Of a stretch of 64,000 bases of DNA, positions 59,368 through 64,000 are shown piece after piece; positions within the stretch are counted from its first letter, which is position 1, and each line of letters begins with the position of its first letter. The notes beneath the pieces were generated by a model. The model did no database searches, was not told where the DNA came from, and saw only the letters and a list, made by a program, of their open reading frames with translations. The position numbers and the translations under genes are program-made. Origin of the DNA: the human T2T-CHM13v2.0 reference genome, Homo sapiens; the NCBI RefSeq assembly GCF_009914755.1, contig NC_060925.1, one strand, 5' to 3'.

Positions 59368-59988
59368 CCTATGAGTCAGGGTTCTCCAGAGAAACAGAAC
59401 CCAAAAGATGTGTGCATATATAAAGATTTTTTTTTTTTAATTGAGAAAGAGTCTTGCTCTTTCACCCAGGCTGGAGTGCAGTGGTGCCATCTTGGCTTGC
59501 GGCAAGCTCCGCCTCCTGGGTTCATGCCATCCTCCTGCCTCAGCCTCCCGAGTAGCTGGTACTACAGGTGCCCACCACCACGCCCGGCTAATTTTTTGTA
59601 TTTTTAGTAGAAACGGGGTTTCACCGTGTTAGCCAGGATGGTCTCGATCTCCCGACCTTGTGATCCACCTGCCTTGGCCTCCCAAAGTGCTGGGATTACA
59701 GTCATGAGCCACCACTCCTGGCCTATAAAGATTTATTTTAAGCAATTGGCTTACATGATTATGAAGGCTGGCAAGTCCAAAATCTGTAGGGTGGACCAAC
59801 AGGCTGGAGGCCCAGGGAAAAGTCAGTGTCCAGTGTGTTAGTTCAGGTCTGAAGGCGGAATTCCTTCTTGCTCAGGGGAAATCAATCTTTTGCACTATTC
59901 AGGCCTTCAACGGATTGGATGAGGTCCACCCATATTATGGGAGGCAATCTGCATTACTTAAAGTCCACTGATTTAAACGTTAATCTCA
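59368..59988 (-). mobile_element. MLT2-family (ERVL) LTR interrupted by an AluY-like element (59428-59723, TSD TATAAAGATTT)
   Basis: gagtcagggttctccagagaaacagaacc...gctggcaagtccaaaatctg...caggccttcaacggattggatgaggtccaccca...ctgatttaaacgttaatct. The TSD lies at 59419-59429 and 59724-59734. Confidence 0.8.
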
Positions 59989-61221
59989 GCTGGGTACAGT
60001 GGCTCATGCCTGTAGTACCAGCTGCTTGGGAGGCTGAGGTGGGAGGATTGCTTGAGGCCAGTAGTTCAAGACAAGCCTGGGCAACATAGTGCGCCTCTGT
60101 CTTTACAAAAAAATTAAAAATCAGACAGGTGTGGTTGTACACACCTGTAATCCCAGCTACTCAGGAGGCTAAGGTGATAGGATCGCTTGAGCTCAGGAGT
60201 TTGAGGCTACAGTGAGCCATGATCACGCCACTGCACTCCAGCCTGGGTGACGAAGCGAGACCCTCTCTCTAAAATAATAATGATAAACTGCTATTTATTT
60301 TGTGCATATTTTATGTGCTAGGTGAGGAAAAAAAAATCCTGGAGGATCACCGAGGGTAAAGGATTTGCCAGAGATTCCCACCTTTATATATCACAGAGCT
60401 GACCACAGAGCCTGATTTTCAGGCTGCAAACCTGCACTCTCTCCAATCACCAGGGAAGAATGCAGGCTCCTCCTCCCCTCTCCAGATGCCTTGGGGTCTC
60501 ATTCCTCTGGGCTGTCCGTGGCTCTGTCCTGACCCCTTGGGAAGGGCAGACATTGGGTCAACTGGTTTGCCAGTCTGGCCAAGTCAGGCAAATTTGGTTC
60601 CCTGCAGCAGCTGCGGTTGCCATGGCACCTTCCCTGGGCTCCTTTCAGTGTAAACCTGGGGGCAAACTGTTTTGAAGCAAAACAGGGAAAACAGAAAAAT
60701 TCTCCCACTGATACAGGCAACTAGCAAACAGCCAGCGTCTCCTTGAAATTCCTTTCAGTGCCTCACAGGTGTACCTTAGGGCCATGGAGTCCAATGCTTC
60801 CATTTCACAGGTGGGGAAACTGAGTCCCGGGTGCTTAGCATTCACAAAGAGGTTTTGTGCCTTGGCCAGGAGGGTATCTGGAGTCACAGCCTGAACTGCT
60901 CTGAGCTTTGAATTCCCCCTCTGTAATCTGAGGATCCGAATACCCGTGCCCTGAAAGTGGTATTTGAAGGATTAAGTGAAATTGTATACGTACAGTGCTT
61001 CACAAAGGCCTGGCACTTTGTAAGGACATGCAGTTGTTCAAGGTCATGTCCAGTATGGAGGAAACTATCATAGGATTCAGGAGATGTGGGTTCTGGTGTT
61101 GACTCTGCTACTCAATTGCTGTGTGGCTTGCTCAAGTCCCTTCATCACTCTGAATTTCAGCATCTTTTTCTGTAAACTGAAGGAGGGTGGGACTAGATGA
61201 TGCCTAAATTTTATGTATTAA

Positions 61222-61416
<195 letters not shown>

Positions 61417-62765
61417 TAGTAGAGAGAGGGTTTCACCATGTTGGCCAGGCTGGTCTCGAACCCCTGACCTCAAGCGATCCACTCGCCTTGGCCTCCCAAA
61501 GTGCTGGGATTACAGGCGTGAGTCACCGAATCTGGCCAATGTCTAAGTTTTCTTTCTGGTTCTACAAATCTACGTTTCTGGTGATAAAAGACTAATCCCA
61601 GGGCTCCTAAATCTGTGTTTGTTCCACCACACCACCCTGATTCATTGCCAGATGGGTTCAGGGATCCAACCAGGAGGCCGGTGCCCTGAGCCTGAGGGCT
61701 CTTTGCAGGGGGCAGCAGAGATGACTCTGAGGGCTGGAGTACTGGCACTCAGTCTGGCTCCCTGGTGACTGCCTCTGGTTCAGGGCCCTGGCCATGCTCT
61801 GTGGAGAGAAGCTGGGGGAGACTAGATGGGAGGGGGGAGTGAGGAAGAATACTTTGGATCTGACAAGGTTAACTGAAAGCAATTTTCAATACCTTCAGCA
61901 TCAGAGTATGCAAATGAGGCCTGGGCTGATTTGATGCTCTAGACAGTAATTGCTGAGGCAAGAGGAGGAGGAGCGAGGAGAGCAGGTGGGTCTTAGGATT
62001 CCAGTGGAGGGAATGGGAAGTCCAACCTGGTGGGGAAGGGTTAGGATAGGGCAGGAAGCTGAAGGGGGCAAGCAGAGAAGAAAAACCAGAGAAAGGGAAG
62101 GGAAGAACTGATTTTTGCCTGAGGAAGATGACAGCTTGATAGAAAAACCAGGAGCCAGGCCGAGTTTTTCAAAGAATGTTTACTTCCACCATCATGGTGT
62201 TTGCTCACTGCCCTCAGGAGGTGAGCAGGGGAGGAACTATGGGCCATTCTCAGAGGAAAAGTCTGAAGGCCCTTCGCCCCGCTGGGTCACACTTGATGGC
62301 CAGGGGATCAAGGGATGCTGGGGCCCCATGCCTTCTGCCTGTAACACTGCGGCCTCTATTCATGAGGCTCTAGTTGGCACTGGGCTGGGGACTGTGAGCC
62401 TGTCCTATGGTCCTCCCAGCCACTGTGCCATCCCTGCTGCTGCTCATCCTTCAAGTCCCTTCTAATCCCTCCCCTCATCAACCTCCACTTGCAAACAAAC
62501 AAGCAAACAAATCCTGCAATTGGACACATGGGAATGAACTGCAGGCAGGATCCAGCGCACTGTGCCGTCCATGGACCCAACACTGGCTAAATCCCAGGGA
62601 TGGATTGGTCTAAAACTGAGACCACTTTGCCCCACAAGATCAAGAGAGGAGGGCTGATCTAAACATAGTTGTGGTTATTGTTAGTACAGCTAAGACAAGA
62701 ACTGATTGAATGTTTCCTGTGTGCCAGGCTCTATACTTGCATTACCTTATTTATCTCTTTCATAA

Positions 62766-62962
<197 letters not shown>

Positions 62963-63289
62963 TAGCAAGGCTGGTCTCAAACTCTTAGCTTCAAGCAATT
63001 CTCCTGCCTCAGTTTCCCAAAGTGCTGGGATTACAGATGTGAGTGATATTATTATTGCCTCTTAACAGATGATGAATCGGAGGCTTGGAAAAATGGAAAT
63101 AATTATCCAAAGTCACTTCACTTGCATGTGGCCCACCCAATGTTTAAACCCAGAGTCTGTATGTTTAATCACAGAATTCCAGCTCCCAGTGTCCAAACGA
63201 AGATGTATTCATGCCAATCCACCAGGCCCACTTATTCCTGTGACATTCTTCTTGGAATGCTCGTGCAAGAAGAATGCACACTAGTGCAT

Positions 63290-63960
<671 letters not shown>

Positions 63961-64000
63961 GTAGAAAGTATATATTATGATGGCTCCTGCTTAACTCATC

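Overview
Human/primate genomic DNA, recognisable as the YTHDF2 locus (1p35). The window starts in intron 3. It contains the 1584-nt coding exon 4 (2399-3982, most of the low-complexity region and the whole YTH m6A-reader domain), a 24.9-kb Alu-packed intron 4, and exon 5 (28925 to about 29770: 7 codons plus the 3'UTR, AATAAA at 29744). The remaining ~34 kb is intergenic; from recalled gene order it leads toward OPRD1, which is not in the window. This part holds an orphan CpG-island/promoter-like element (~35.2-35.7 kb), a solo LTR2 (HERV-E family) with TSDs, and old L2/L1/MER/MLT fragments. Roughly 80-90 Alu elements or fragments occur across the whole window, and nearly all short ORFs in the track are Alu or simple-repeat artefacts. 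Most notable observations: (1) exon 4 is a phase-0/0, stop-free 528-codon exon with its own ATG and flanked by inverted Alus, so an exon-4 circRNA would be an endless ORF; (2) an in-frame read-through with an intronic AATAAA just after exon 4; (3) a ~950-bp quasi-palindrome (36083-37030) made of a templated inverted copy of unique DNA around an inverted Alu pair; (4) an 18-bp palindromic double splice donor in the orphan CpG island; (5) a 17-bp duplication in the LTR2 that creates a DR1/DR4 nuclear-receptor array. Repeat family names come from recognising consensus sequences by eye, and repeat boundaries are approximate.
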